The notes under the pieces: generated by a model
Database searches by the model: none
What the model was told of the DNA's origin: nothing
Seen by the model: only the letters and a program-made list of their open reading frames with translations
DNA from: an uncultured Bacillota bacterium
Lineage (GTDB): Bacteria > Bacillota > Clostridia > Christensenellales > UBA1242
Assembly: GCA_946495675.1 (NCBI GenBank)
Contig: CAMMDQ010000002.1
Span: 69,542-133,541, forward strand
Length of the DNA stretch: 64,000 nt
Reading direction: 5' to 3'
Translations under genes and position numbers: made by a program
Shown: piece after piece, positions 1-10,595 of the stretch
Layout of the letters: every line of letters begins with the position of its first letter
How positions within the stretch are numbered: position 1 is the first letter of the stretch

Positions 1-2139
1 GAGCAAAGACCAAACGATAAAAAGGATGGATTTGCCAAAAAACCTCAAGGACAAAACGCTCCTTTCAATAAAGGCCAAAACAAAAAATTTGGCAACAACA
101 ATTTTGTTTCAACCAAAACAAACAATTTCAGGTCATTTTCTTCAAATGAGACACCCGAAATCGACCTTAAGGCTGAACGCAATTATGCCAGCAAAGCCAA
201 ATTTGCTCAAAAGCATTCTTCAAGCAATGATGAACGCAAATTGCAAAACAAAAAATCATCTTCTTCTCGCAAAAACAACATACTGATTGAAGACGAAAAT
301 GGTTTTGAAGAAATCTCTTATGGTTCACGAAAAAGTGTTGTAAAAAAGAAGAAAGAAGAGAAGAAAGCGCCTGTTACAATTGTGACACATGCAGTCATGA
401 CTTCAAAAGAGTTTACTGTAAAGGAATTCAGCGAAAAAATTGGCAAACCAGTGACAGAGATTGTTAAAAAATTAATGTTGCTAGGTGTTATGGCGACAAT
501 CAACTCTAATATTGACTTTGAAACTGCAGAGCTTGTGGCAAGTGATTTCGGCATCACGCTTGAACTTAAAGCTGAAAAATCTTATGAGGAGAAACTGCTT
601 GAGAGTGCTCATGTTGAGGATGAACAAGAAAATCTTGTTAAAAGACCTCCGATCGTGGCAGTCATGGGTCATGTTGATCATGGAAAAACTTCTCTGCTTG
701 ATGCTTTCAGAAAAACAAATGTTGTCAGTGGCGAAGCTGGCGGCATAACACAAAGCATTGGTGCTTATCAAATTGAATTTAACGGCGAGAAGATCACTTT
801 TATTGACACACCAGGTCACGCAGCTTTCACTCAAATGCGTGCAAGGGGAGCTAAGGCAACGGATATCGCAATTCTTGTTGTCGCTGCTGATGACGGAATT
901 ATGCCTCAAACAATCGAAGCAATCAATCATATCAAAGCAGCAGGTGTTCCTATGATTGTTGCAATCAACAAAATGGATAAGCCTGAAGCAAATCCTGACC
1001 GCGTAAAACAACAACTTGCCGAGAATAATATTTTGCCTGAAGAATGGGGTGGCGATGCAATCTGCGTGCCATGTTCTGCAAAAACAGGAGCAGGACTAGA
1101 TGACCTTAAACAAACCATTTTGCTTGTTGCTGAAATGCAAGAACTTAAAGCAAACCCAAATAAAATGGCTGTCGCAGTTGTTATTGAAGCAAAACTTGAC
1201 AAAAACCGCGGACCAGTTGCTAATATTATTGTTCAAAACGGAACTCTGCATGTTGGGGATTCAATTATCTCTGGATTAACTTACGGCAAAGTTCGCGCGA
1301 TGGTCGACGATCATGGCAAACCTGTTAAGGTTGCTGAACCTTCAAAACCAGTTGCAATTCTTGGGCTCAACGAAGTTCCATCATCTGGAGATGAGGTTTA
1401 TGCTGTTGAAGAAACTCTATCAAAACAGGTTATTCAAGAAAGAATTGACAAACTGAAGAAGGAAAGAGCAAAACAATCTTCTGGTGTAACACTTGACACA
1501 TTTATGAACAGAGTTCAAGAAGGGGCTCTTAAAAATCTTAACATTGTTTTAAAAGCAGACACAATGGGTTCAGTTGAAGCTTTGAAAAATGCACTTCTTG
1601 CAATCAGAAATGAAGAAGCAAAAGTCAACATTGTTCATAGCGGAACAGGTGCTGTAACTGAAAGTGATGTTTCACTTGCACAAACGACAAGCGCAATAAT
1701 CATCAACTTTAATCAAAAAACTTCAGCCCGTGTCAAGAACATCGCAGATGTTGCAAAGATTGAAATCAAAGAATACAACATTATTTATGATGTTGTTGAT
1801 GATGTAACAAACGCCATCAACGGAATGCTCAGCATTAAATATGAAGAAAAATATATTGGAAATGCAGAGATTAGAATGGTGTTCAAGCTTTCAACCGCAG
1901 GAAAAGTTGCCGGAAGCTATGTAAAAGACGGCAAAGTTGTGAGAAATGCAATCGCAAAAGTTATGCGCGGAAACGAAGAAATCGGAAGCACAACTGTTGA
2001 TTCTCTTAAAATTGTCAAAGATGAAAAAGCGGAAGTTGCAAAAGGTTTTGAATGCGGCATAAAATTGCATGATAATATCGACTTTAAGGAAGGCGACACT
2101 ATTGATTTTTATGTAAAAGAGGTTGTAAAACGAGTTTAG
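1..2139 (+). CDS. infB: translation initiation factor IF-2 (5' end outside window)
   Basis: Frame 1 is open from base 1, so the track ORF 241..2139 begins at an internal TTG. GTPase motifs GHVDHGKT, DTPGH, NKMD. Followed by rbfA and truB as in the conserved operon. Confidence 0.97.
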   Translation, partial: EQRPNDKKDGFAKKPQGQNAPFNKGQNKKFGNNNFVSTKTNNFRSFSSNETPEIDLKAERNYASKAKFAQKHSSSNDERKLQNKKSSSSRKNNILIEDENGFEEISYGSRKSVVKKKKEEKKAPVTIVTHAVMTSKEFTVKEFSEKIGKPVTEIVKKLMLLGVMATINSNIDFETAELVASDFGITLELKAEKSYEEKLLESAHVEDEQENLVKRPPIVAVMGHVDHGKTSLLDAFRKTNVVSGEAGGITQSIGAYQIEFNGEKITFIDTPGHAAFTQMRARGAKATDIAILVVAADDGIMPQTIEAINHIKAAGVPMIVAINKMDKPEANPDRVKQQLAENNILPEEWGGDAICVPCSAKTGAGLDDLKQTILLVAEMQELKANPNKMAVAVVIEAKLDKNRGPVANIIVQNGTLHVGDSIISGLTYGKVRAMVDDHGKPVKVAEPSKPVAILGLNEVPSSGDEVYAVEETLSKQVIQERIDKLKKERAKQSSGVTLDTFMNRVQEGALKNLNIVLKADTMGSVEALKNALLAIRNEEAKVNIVHSGTGAVTESDVSLAQTTSAIIINFNQKTSARVKNIADVAKIEIKEYNIIYDVVDDVTNAINGMLSIKYEEKYIGNAEIRMVFKLSTAGKVAGSYVKDGKVVRNAIAKVMRGNEEIGSTTVDSLKIVKDEKAEVAKGFECGIKLHDNIDFKEGDTIDFYVKEVVKRV

Positions 2140-2173
2140 AAATAAAAATTGAATAATAAAAAGGGGAGAACTT

Positions 2174-2545
2174 ATGTCAAACAGATTTGAAAGAGCAAAC
2201 AGTCAACTTCAGAAACAGATCGCACTGATCTTGCAAAACAAAATGAATGACCCAAGGTTGTCTCCTTTTATTTATGTCAGTGAAGTAAGTGTGACACCTG
2301 ATTTTCAATATTGCAAAATAAAAATCGCACTGGACAATGATGACGAAAACGAGCTTAAAAAAACAATCCAAATTCTTCAAAAATCGGAAGGCTTTATCAA
2401 GCGAGAGCTTGCTAAAGTTGCTCGCATGCCTCATATACCAAAACTTCAATTTGAAATAGACAAAGGCACAAGTGCCAGCATAAGGATCAACGAAATTTTG
2501 CAAAAATTGAATATTCCAAAAGGGGAAGATGATGAAGGAAATTAA
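2174..2545 (+). CDS. rbfA: ribosome-binding factor A
   Basis: 123 aa with an RbfA-like N-terminus (RANSQLQKQIALIL). GGAG RBS upstream. Canonical position after infB. Confidence 0.93.
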   Translation: MSNRFERANSQLQKQIALILQNKMNDPRLSPFIYVSEVSVTPDFQYCKIKIALDNDDENELKKTIQILQKSEGFIKRELAKVARMPHIPKLQFEIDKGTSASIRINEILQKLNIPKGEDDEGN

Positions 2546-3497
2546 AAAAATTATACACGCACTAAAAGTTGCAAAAAGTATTGCAATCTTTTCGCATTCC
2601 GACCCCGATTTTGATGCTATCGGCTCTTCTTTAGGGTTGAAATTTGCTTTAAATAACATAGGGAAAAATGCAGACTACATTTGCAATGAAGAGATGAGCC
2701 AAACTGCAAAAAAATTTTTTGGCGAAAACTTTAGCGTCAGTCATTTTAATAGAGAAAACTATGACCTTTTTATATCTCTTGACAATCCCACAAGCAGTCG
2801 ATGCCAAAATCCAGAATGCTTTTCAGAAAACACTCAATCTATTGTGATAGACCATCACATAAACTTGGGGTTTAAGGCAAAGTATAATTACATAAAAACC
2901 AACCGCAGCTCTTGTTGCGAGTTAATTTTTGAAATTCTTGAAAAAGGCAAAATTAAAATTGATGAAAAAACAGCAACCGCTTTATATGCGGGGCTTTCTT
3001 CAGACACAAATTCATTCATAAACAGCAACACAAATGCAGATTCATTGCTGGTTGCACACAAACTGTTAAAATTGGGTGCACAATCTGTCAAGTTTAATGA
3101 AGATTTTTATCGCTCTATCAGCAAAAAAGAAATAGAAATAAAAAAATTTATTTTCAATAACTTTAAGTCCAATAAAAATATTTGCTATTGCCTTGTTTCA
3201 CAAGACGATATTAAACAATTAAAAGCCAGCACAAAAGATTTTTCTTCAATCAGCAGCCAATTGGTAAGTTTTGAGAAATCATATATAGCTTTTAGTGTGG
3301 TGGAAAAAGAACCCAAAGTTTTTTATTTTTCTTTCAGGTCTAAAATGGGTTATCCAACAAGAGAAATTGCCCAGAGGCTTGGGGGCGGAGGACATGACTA
3401 TGCTTGTGCTGGAAAAATTCGCGACAGCAAAGCAACTGTAGAAAGTGTAAAAAATTTGATAATCAAAGAAATTAAAAAAATATATCCAAAAGTCTAA
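2529..3497 (+). CDS. DHH/DHHA1 family phosphoesterase (NrnA-like oligoribonuclease/pAp phosphatase)
   Basis: Motifs SHSDPDFDAIGS, IDHH and C-terminal GGGGH. Overlaps the rbfA stop. Confidence 0.85.
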   Translation: MMKEIKKIIHALKVAKSIAIFSHSDPDFDAIGSSLGLKFALNNIGKNADYICNEEMSQTAKKFFGENFSVSHFNRENYDLFISLDNPTSSRCQNPECFSENTQSIVIDHHINLGFKAKYNYIKTNRSSCCELIFEILEKGKIKIDEKTATALYAGLSSDTNSFINSNTNADSLLVAHKLLKLGAQSVKFNEDFYRSISKKEIEIKKFIFNNFKSNKNICYCLVSQDDIKQLKASTKDFSSISSQLVSFEKSYIAFSVVEKEPKVFYFSFRSKMGYPTREIAQRLGGGGHDYACAGKIRDSKATVESVKNLIIKEIKKIYPKV

Positions 3498-3565
3498 ATT
3501 ATCTTCTTTCTCTCATATTGCAACGGAAAGCTATTAAGGTCAATTCATAAAAAATTAGGGGGTTT

Positions 3566-4411
3566 ATGCAAAAAAACGGAATTATTCTTTTAAACAAACC
3601 TGCTGGCATTTCATCAAACTCTGCTGTAAACAAGGTCAAACACATGCTGGCAGCAAACAAAGCCGGGCATTTGGGCACTCTCGATGTGTTAGGTGAAGGT
3701 CTGCTGCCAATCACCATCAACAAAGCAACGAAATTGTTTGATTATTTTTTGCAAAAGGACAAATCTTACATAACAGTTTTTAAATTTGGACAAACATCTC
3801 CTACATTAGACTTAGAAGGACCTCTCACTGAAGAAGACCCAACCTTAAATTTGCAATCATCTGACATAGAAAAGATTTTAAACAAATTTATTGGAAAACA
3901 AAACCAAATGCCTCCAACTTATAGTGCAAAAAAAATTAACGGCAAAAAAGCTTATCAGCTTGCAAGAGAAGGTATAGAGGCATCCTTAAAACCAAAACAA
4001 ATTGAAATATACAACATAAAACTGTTAAAAAAAATCGAAAAAAACACCTTTGAATTTGAAATTGACTGCTCGAGCGGAACTTTTATCAGATCAATTTGCA
4101 GAGATATGGCACAAGAACTCTCAACATGTGGTGTTATGCAACGCATAATACGCACAAGATGCGGCAAATTTCAATTAAAAGATGCGGCAACTCTCAAAGA
4201 TGTTGAACAAGGCAACTATACTCTTATAGATCCCGACATTTTGTTTGATCAACCCCGATTTGATCTTGAAGAGCAGCAATTTGAAAGAGTGCAAAATGGC
4301 GGAAACATTCAAATTCCCGAAGGGCAATTTAAAATCTATTTTAAAAACCAATTTCTTGGCCTTGGGCAATGTGAGAATGGTAGATTCAAAATGCTAATTC
4401 GACTTTTTTAA
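3566..4411 (+). CDS. truB: tRNA pseudouridine(55) synthase
   Basis: HLGTLDVLGEGLLPI catalytic-Asp motif. Conserved infB-rbfA-truB context. Confidence 0.94.
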   Translation: MQKNGIILLNKPAGISSNSAVNKVKHMLAANKAGHLGTLDVLGEGLLPITINKATKLFDYFLQKDKSYITVFKFGQTSPTLDLEGPLTEEDPTLNLQSSDIEKILNKFIGKQNQMPPTYSAKKINGKKAYQLAREGIEASLKPKQIEIYNIKLLKKIEKNTFEFEIDCSSGTFIRSICRDMAQELSTCGVMQRIIRTRCGKFQLKDAATLKDVEQGNYTLIDPDILFDQPRFDLEEQQFERVQNGGNIQIPEGQFKIYFKNQFLGLGQCENGRFKMLIRLF

Positions 4412-4451
4412 ATTTTGCTTGGAAACACAAAATCACTTAAAGGAGAAATTT

Positions 4452-5312
4452 ATGATCAAATTTGGCGCATCTGGTTGCGGAGATGAATTCTATGCTCAAG
4501 GGCATAGTGGAATCTATGAAGTGCCACAATGGATAAAAAACTATGGTCTTGATGCTTATGAATATTCCTTTGGCCATGGTTATCAGATGACTATTGAAAC
4601 TGCAAAAAAAGCAGGTGAACTTTTTAAACAGTTTGATATTGCAGTTTCTCTGCATGCACCATTTTATATCAATTTTGCAAACCCTGATCCAATAATGTAT
4701 GAAAAAACAAAAGGATATATTAAAACAGGTATAAGATTTTTAAGAGCTTTCGGTGCTGATCATTTGATTTTCCATCCGGCTTCTTGTGGAAAATTAAGCA
4801 GAGAAGAAGCTCTGTCTCTTACCCAAAGGCGCTTTGATGAATTTTTTAATGCTCTTGAACAAGAGGGAAGCTTAAATGGTCTGTGGATGTGTCCTGAAAC
4901 TATGGGAAAAACCATGCAAATTGGGTCGTATAAAGAAGTTGTCCAGCTGTGCAAATGCAACAAACATTTGGTTCCAACATTTGATTTTGGTCATATCAAT
5001 GCTCTTGAACAAGGCTCATTAAAAACGGCTGAAGATTTTAAAAAAGTGTTTGACTACTGCATCGAAAATCTCGGCTTTGAACGAACAAACAATTGCCACA
5101 TCCACTTTTCCAAAATTCAATATGGGGCAAAAGGGGAAATCAAACACTTAAATTTCGACGACAATATTTACGGCCCAAACTTTGAACCGCTAGCCGATGT
5201 TCTGATCGAGTATAATTTGACACCGCGTGTTATCTGCGAATCAATGAATATGATGCCTCATGATGCACTGAAAATGAAAAAAACTTACTTTGAAAAGAAA
5301 GAAAATATTTAA
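4452..5312 (+). CDS. endonuclease IV-like TIM-barrel protein (AP endonuclease family 2 / xylose isomerase-like)
   Basis: Metal-ligand style motifs SLHAPFYINFANP, CPETMGK, FDFGH, HIHFS. Start moved to ATG 4452 behind AGGAG (track start 4419 is TTG without an RBS). Confidence 0.7.
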   Translation: MIKFGASGCGDEFYAQGHSGIYEVPQWIKNYGLDAYEYSFGHGYQMTIETAKKAGELFKQFDIAVSLHAPFYINFANPDPIMYEKTKGYIKTGIRFLRAFGADHLIFHPASCGKLSREEALSLTQRRFDEFFNALEQEGSLNGLWMCPETMGKTMQIGSYKEVVQLCKCNKHLVPTFDFGHINALEQGSLKTAEDFKKVFDYCIENLGFERTNNCHIHFSKIQYGAKGEIKHLNFDDNIYGPNFEPLADVLIEYNLTPRVICESMNMMPHDALKMKKTYFEKKENI

Positions 5313-5387
5313 AATAATCTTAAACACTAGACAAAATCAAATTGTTGTGTTAAAATACATAGGAAATTAATTTTAAGGAGAACTATT

Positions 5388-5948
5388 ATGATTTTTGCTG
5401 GAGATTTTAGAAAGGGCACTACTTTTGAAATGGATGGAGCAGTTTATTCTGTTGTAGATTTTTTGCATGTTAAACCAGGCAAAGGTTCACCATTTGTTCG
5501 CGCAAAACTCAAAAATGTTATGACAGGACAAGTTAAAGAAACAACTTTCAACCCATCTGACAAGTTTCAAGTCGCTGTAATTGAAAAAAAGGAAATGACT
5601 TACCTTTACAATGATGGGGAAATTTATTATTTCATGGATGCTGAAACTTATGACCAAATTCCACTTAACAAAGACAGTATTGAAGATGCACTCAACTATG
5701 TTAAGGAAAACGAAAACTGCACCATGTATTTCTATAAAGGAAACCCTTTTGCAGTTTACCCACCAACTTTTGTTGAACTTGAAGTGATTGACTGTGAACC
5801 GGGAATTCAAGGCGACACCACAAAAGCAACCACCAAACCTGCAAAAGTTGAAACAGGCTATGTTCTTGGCGTTCCTCTTTTCATCAACATTGGGGACAAA
5901 ATCAGAATTGACACTCGTGATGGCTCTTACATGGAAAGGGTTAAATAA
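5388..5948 (+). CDS. efp: elongation factor P
   Basis: 186 aa with the [16 protein letters not shown] loop and three OB/KOW-like segments. AGGAG RBS. Confidence 0.97.
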   Translation: MIFAGDFRKGTTFEMDGAVYSVVDFLHVKPGKGSPFVRAKLKNVMTGQVKETTFNPSDKFQVAVIEKKEMTYLYNDGEIYYFMDAETYDQIPLNKDSIEDALNYVKENENCTMYFYKGNPFAVYPPTFVELEVIDCEPGIQGDTTKATTKPAKVETGYVLGVPLFINIGDKIRIDTRDGSYMERVK

Positions 5949-5965
5949 TATTCAAAAAAATAACA

Positions 5966-5996
5966 TAAAAAAGCTCACAAATGTGAGCTTTTATTT
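5966..5996. terminator. bidirectional intrinsic terminator between efp and the convergent orphan gene
   Basis: aaaaaagctcacaaatgtgagcttttatttt: GC-containing stem flanked by an A-tract and a T-tract. Confidence 0.7.
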
Positions 5997-6731
5997 TTCA
6001 TATGTTTTGTTCTCAGACTTTGCAGAATTCTTTGATATCAATTCGCCATCTTTTAAAAATTTTCTTAATCTTTTGTTGAAATTAAGATCTTCACTCATCT
6101 GTCCAACATTCTCATTTTCTAATTTTAATGTTTGCAATCCATCTTTAAAATCATTTAATTGAACTTCTTTGCGGAAGATTGCAAATTTTTTTGATGCTTT
6201 AATGACCTCTAAAAACTCTGGACTTTTCACAAAATCGATTAATGATTTAAAATCGTTTCCAGAATATCCCTGCCTTATAGTCCCTTCACGAGCTTTCAAA
6301 GATTGTTCAGTATATCGGATTATTTCTGATAATTTTAAATCTAGCTTCCCTTTTTCGATCTTGGTTTTTATCTGCTTTAATCTCGACAGTATTAAATATC
6401 TTAAATATGTAATATAGCCTTTTTCATAATAAGATAAATTTTCTTTCCAATCTTTTGTATTCCATTTATAATTCATCAGTTGCCTGTAAGTTTTTTGAGA
6501 GAGAAATGGATTGACCGAAATGGCATAGTCATCTAAAATAATACCATAAGATTTTTTGCTCAAACAATCTTTTATTTTTAGTTTAACAACATTATTGTTG
6601 AATGGTTCTACTGTTTTATCAATTTTAAATCTATAATTTCTAGGATTAATTTTTGTTTTCATAATTTCTTCAAAATTGATCAAAAATTCAATGCTTTCTT
6701 TGCTTAATCTTCCAATTCTGCTTATTCCCAT
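5991..6731 (-). CDS. hypothetical protein (246 aa, Lys-rich, no recognised domain)
   Basis: Long ORF. Start moved to ATG 6731 preceded by AAGGAG. It is the only minus-strand gene in the first 20 kb. Confidence 0.7.
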   Translation of the reverse strand: MGISRIGRLSKESIEFLINFEEIMKTKINPRNYRFKIDKTVEPFNNNVVKLKIKDCLSKKSYGIILDDYAISVNPFLSQKTYRQLMNYKWNTKDWKENLSYYEKGYITYLRYLILSRLKQIKTKIEKGKLDLKLSEIIRYTEQSLKAREGTIRQGYSGNDFKSLIDFVKSPEFLEVIKASKKFAIFRKEVQLNDFKDGLQTLKLENENVGQMSEDLNFNKRLRKFLKDGELISKNSAKSENKTYEK

Positions 6732-6866
6732 AAGTGCTCCTTTATTTACAACACATTGTATCATAGTTGTAAGTTTTTGTCAAGATTTTATTTTCTGCAA
6801 ATCAGACAAGCTATCATAAAATTTTGGCTGCTTTCATAATTTAGTTTTGTATTAAAAGGAGCAATT

Positions 6867-7778
6867 ATGCTTGAAAAAATCTTGCCAAGTGAAATTTACA
6901 ATCCGCTGACAAAATATGTCAGCTTTAATGCCATCAATGAAATTCGCTTGAGGGTGGACAAGCCTATCGTTCTTTCAATAGGAAGCCAAAAATTTTTTCT
7001 TTCTTCTCATGGCACAACTGGCAATTTAAAAGAAGCAATTTGCCCAAGCAAAACCACTCTTGAAGACATCGTTTTTCGAGCAAGTGAATGTTCGCTATAT
7101 TCAGTCAATGAACAAATAAAGCGAGGGTTTTTGGTTACTCAAGGTGGCATAAGATTGGGCTTGGGAGGAGATTTGATTGAAGAAAAGGGACAGATAAAAA
7201 CCTTAACAAACTTCAACAGCATCAATATCAGAATTCCACATGAAATCAAAAATTGTTCGCTAAGCTGCTTTGATTATATTATTGAAAATGGAAACATTTT
7301 AAACACTCTCGTCATTTCTCCACCAGGAGCAGGAAAAACCACTTTTTTAAGAGATTTTATTTTGCAACTTTCTCAGCGCAATTATGCTTTTAATGTTCTT
7401 GTGCTTGATGAGCGTGGCGAAATTGACCTGGGAACAAAAGGCTGTATAGGAAATTTTGCCGACAAAATATCTTTTGCATCAAAAAAAGTCGGCTTTGAAA
7501 ATGGCATACGCTCACTCAGCCCAAATCTTATCATAACTGATGAACTTGGCACAGCAGATGATGTCCAAGCTTTACTTTATGCTTGCAATAGCGGAGTGTC
7601 AATAATGGCAAGTGTGCATGCTGATAGTGTTGAAAGCTTTTTAGCCAAAGAAGATTTCTCCAAGGTAATTAAAGAAAAAGTTTTCAAGCGTTTTGTTGTT
7701 CTTTCATTGCGAAACGGTCCAGGAACGCTTGAAGGAATTTACAACGAAAATCTTTCCAGGCTAGGCAGAAGATATTAA
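6867..7778 (+). CDS. spoIIIAA: stage III sporulation protein AA (AAA+ ATPase)
   Basis: Walker A PPGAGKTT and Walker B VLVLDE. First gene of an eight-gene spoIIIA-type operon. Confidence 0.92.
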   Translation: MLEKILPSEIYNPLTKYVSFNAINEIRLRVDKPIVLSIGSQKFFLSSHGTTGNLKEAICPSKTTLEDIVFRASECSLYSVNEQIKRGFLVTQGGIRLGLGGDLIEEKGQIKTLTNFNSINIRIPHEIKNCSLSCFDYIIENGNILNTLVISPPGAGKTTFLRDFILQLSQRNYAFNVLVLDERGEIDLGTKGCIGNFADKISFASKKVGFENGIRSLSPNLIITDELGTADDVQALLYACNSGVSIMASVHADSVESFLAKEDFSKVIKEKVFKRFVVLSLRNGPGTLEGIYNENLSRLGRRY

Positions 7779-7789
7779 GGAAGGTGAAT

Positions 7790-8284
7790 ATGAAAATTCT
7801 TTTAATAGTTATCTTTTCTTCCATTTGTTTTGCATTCGGAGCGAAGTTTTATTTTAAATATAAGCGTCGTAAAAATTTTTTTGATGCGTTGATTTTTCTT
7901 TGTCATAAATTTGATGTTGAAATAAATTTTTCAAGAGAAAAAGTTATCAACATTATTTCTTCATTAGAAGAAAAGGTAAAACAAAATTTGTATGGTCTTG
8001 ATAAAAACTTTATCTCAAGCATTGAAAACAAAGAAAGCTTGGAGAAGGACAAACTGCTAAAAAATCTTACATTCTTAAGTGAAGAAGAGGGTAATTCAAT
8101 TTTTTTATTTTTCAAATCTTTAGGACGCAGTGATATGGAGAATCAACTAAAAGAAATAAATAACTTTGAAAACAAGTTCTCACAATTTTGCACCGCTTCT
8201 TCTCAAGAATTTAAAAAATATGGGAAATTGTCAATTAAGCTTGCCATTGTTGCCTGCTTGATGGTTGTTGTTCTGTTTATTTAA
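7790..8284 (+). CDS. spoIIIAB: stage III sporulation protein AB
   Basis: About 165 aa with N- and C-terminal TM helices, in operon position 2. ATG 7790 behind AAGGAAGG. Confidence 0.85.
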   Translation: MKILLIVIFSSICFAFGAKFYFKYKRRKNFFDALIFLCHKFDVEINFSREKVINIISSLEEKVKQNLYGLDKNFISSIENKESLEKDKLLKNLTFLSEEEGNSIFLFFKSLGRSDMENQLKEINNFENKFSQFCTASSQEFKKYGKLSIKLAIVACLMVVVLFI

Positions 8285-8294
8285 GGAGCTGAAA

Positions 8295-8489
8295 ATGGGG
8301 GTTGAAATCATAATCAAAATTGCAGCTATTGGACTTTTGACTGCAATCATAGGCCAAATTTTAAAACAGACCGGCAGAGAGGAAATTTCCACCATTGCAA
8401 CTCTTGCTGGATTAATTCTGGTTATAATAATGGTTTTGAATTTAATAGGAGAGCTTTTTACAACCTTTAATAATTTATTTAAATTTTAA
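8295..8489 (+). CDS. spoIIIAC: stage III sporulation protein AC
   Basis: 64-aa protein with two TM helices (MGVEIIIKIAAIGLL...). AAGGAG RBS, operon position 3. Confidence 0.88.
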   Translation: MGVEIIIKIAAIGLLTAIIGQILKQTGREEISTIATLAGLILVIIMVLNLIGELFTTFNNLFKF

Positions 8490-8500
8490 TTTGGAGTTTT

Positions 8501-8893
8501 ATGGACATCATTATCAGAATTGTAGCTATAGGGCTGATAACTTGCCTTGCAACATTGATCGTCAAGCCTGTCCGCAGTGATTTTGCAATCTTTATTGCAA
8601 TCGCTGGCGGCCTTGTTATTCTTTTTCTCGTTCTGGGTTATGTCAGCGACATTTTTGATACTTTCAGAAGCATAATTTCTGCAACAGGTGTTTCTTCTGA
8701 TCTCTATAAAATTTTGATAAAAATTATTGGCATAGGCTATCTTATCGAATTTGCTGTCGGGGTTTGCACCGACACAGGCAATTCCAGTTTAGGTGATAAA
8801 ATCTTGTTGGGCGGAAAGATTGTTATCATGGTAATGGCTTTGCCAATAGTCACAAATATTCTTCAAATCATAATGGGGCTTTTGCCATCATGA
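8501..8893 (+). CDS. spoIIIAD: stage III sporulation protein AD
   Basis: 130-aa polytopic membrane protein paralogous to AC, operon position 4. Confidence 0.88.
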   Translation: MDIIIRIVAIGLITCLATLIVKPVRSDFAIFIAIAGGLVILFLVLGYVSDIFDTFRSIISATGVSSDLYKILIKIIGIGYLIEFAVGVCTDTGNSSLGDKILLGGKIVIMVMALPIVTNILQIIMGLLPS

Positions 8894-10086
8894 AAAAACT
8901 AGCATTGCTTGCCTTGCTTTTTTTACTTTTCTGCCCAACAGCAATAAAATCATCGCAAACTTTTGCCCAAACCGATCAAGACATTTCGCAAGAAGAAATT
9001 TTGGAAGACTTGGAAGAAAATGTTGGTTCTCAACTTGACCAGCTTGATTTTTCATCACTAGATGAAGTGCTTTCTTCTTTCAGCCAAGGTCAAATTTCAA
9101 TCTTTGGAGGCGACAGCTTTCTCGAAAAAGTGTCAGCTCTTTTGTCTGGTCAATACGATGATTCTCAAAATCTCTGGCAGGCAGTTATCAAAACTTTCTT
9201 AGGCAGCTTGCTCGGTCTTTTACCCATAATTTCAGCAATAATTGGCGTTTCAATCTTGGGGAGCTTACTGCAAGGTATAAGACCAACTTCAAACGGAAAG
9301 AGCATGGCAAATATTATCAATTTTGTTTCTTACGGTATTGTGGTTGTTCTGCTTCTTTCGATAGTGACAAAGATGCTTGTTTCAACAACAAACACTATAA
9401 CTTCTTTAAAAAGCCAAATGGACGCAATCTTCCCAATCTTGCTTACTCTTTTAACTGCCATGGGCGGCACTGTTTCGGCAACTATCTATCAACCAGCCAT
9501 GGCTGTGCTTAGCAATATTATAGGGGGATTCGCAACATATATTTTACTGCCAATATTTATATTTTCCATTGTTTTTTCCATTGTTTCAAATCTTTCAAAC
9601 ACAGTAAAACTGGACAAGTTTTCTTCTTTTTTAAACAGCTGCTATAAATGGTTGACCGGTCTCGTTTTTACCATTTTCACAGCATTTATTTCTCTTCAAG
9701 GCATTTCGGCAGGCTCGGTTGACGGCATATCAATCAGAACCGCAAAATATGCAATCAGAAGTTATGTGCCTCTTTTAGGTTCCTATCTTTCAGATGGCAT
9801 GGGAATAATGCTCGCAAGTTCAAATTTAATCAAAAATGCCGTTGGGGGAGCAGGATTGTTTTTGCTTTTAGCAAGCATATTGTCGCCTCTTCTTGACCTT
9901 ATCATATTTATGCTTGCACTTAAACTTATTGCTGGACTTCTTGAACCTCTTGGAAACAAACAAATTGCAAATTTTGTCAGCAGCCTGTCGAAAAGTATGG
10001 TTTTGCTTATCACTTTAATTATCGCATTATCTTTTGTTTACTTTATCATGTTGGGACTTGTGATGTGCACTGCAAACATTTTTTAG
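8890..10086 (+). CDS. spoIIIAE: stage III sporulation protein AE
   Basis: 398 aa with a signal peptide plus a multi-TM permease-like body. ATGA overlap with AD. Confidence 0.9.
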   Translation: MKKLALLALLFLLFCPTAIKSSQTFAQTDQDISQEEILEDLEENVGSQLDQLDFSSLDEVLSSFSQGQISIFGGDSFLEKVSALLSGQYDDSQNLWQAVIKTFLGSLLGLLPIISAIIGVSILGSLLQGIRPTSNGKSMANIINFVSYGIVVVLLLSIVTKMLVSTTNTITSLKSQMDAIFPILLTLLTAMGGTVSATIYQPAMAVLSNIIGGFATYILLPIFIFSIVFSIVSNLSNTVKLDKFSSFLNSCYKWLTGLVFTIFTAFISLQGISAGSVDGISIRTAKYAIRSYVPLLGSYLSDGMGIMLASSNLIKNAVGGAGLFLLLASILSPLLDLIIFMLALKLIAGLLEPLGNKQIANFVSSLSKSMVLLITLIIALSFVYFIMLGLVMCTANIF

Positions 10087-10097
10087 GAGAGTGAAAA

Positions 10098-10595
10098 ATG
10101 ACATCTACCTTATCAGCATGGATTTTGTCAATAGCAGGAGTGGTTTTGCTGTCTGTGCTAGTTGAACTTATTTTACCAGCAGGCAGTATGAACAAATATA
10201 TTAAAGGCATTTTTGCCTTTATCATCATGTTTGTGATTTTGAGCCCTATTCCAAAACTTTTAAACCAAAATATTGACATCTCGAGTTGGTTTGACTCACA
10301 GACAATAAAAGTGGATGAAGACTACTTGCAGCAGCTTAACTATGACAAAATGATAAAGTTGCAATCTGACATCGAAAGCGAAATTTCGTCATACGGCTAC
10401 AACAATGTTAATATTTATATTTCTTCTGACATTTTTGACAACACCTTTTCAGTGAAAAGCGTGACGGTTGATTTGACAGAGCTTGTCATAACTGAAAATG
10501 CGGAGCATACAAATATAGTGAAAATCAAACAGCACATCACTGAGATTATCAAAAGCCACATTAATATAGGGGAGGACGAGATTTTCTATGAATAG
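10098..10595 (+). CDS. spoIIIAF: stage III sporulation protein AF
   Basis: 165 aa with two N-terminal TM helices plus a soluble domain, operon position 6. Confidence 0.85.
   Translation: MTSTLSAWILSIAGVVLLSVLVELILPAGSMNKYIKGIFAFIIMFVILSPIPKLLNQNIDISSWFDSQTIKVDEDYLQQLNYDKMIKLQSDIESEISSYGYNNVNIYISSDIFDNTFSVKSVTVDLTELVITENAEHTNIVKIKQHITEIIKSHINIGEDEIFYE

Noticed and set aside
481-1014. 177-aa minus-strand ORF, with the 26..286 plus-strand ORF
   Set aside because: Both overlap infB. infB is open in frame 1 from base 1 and carries clear GTPase motifs, while the overlapping frames have no motifs or RBS.
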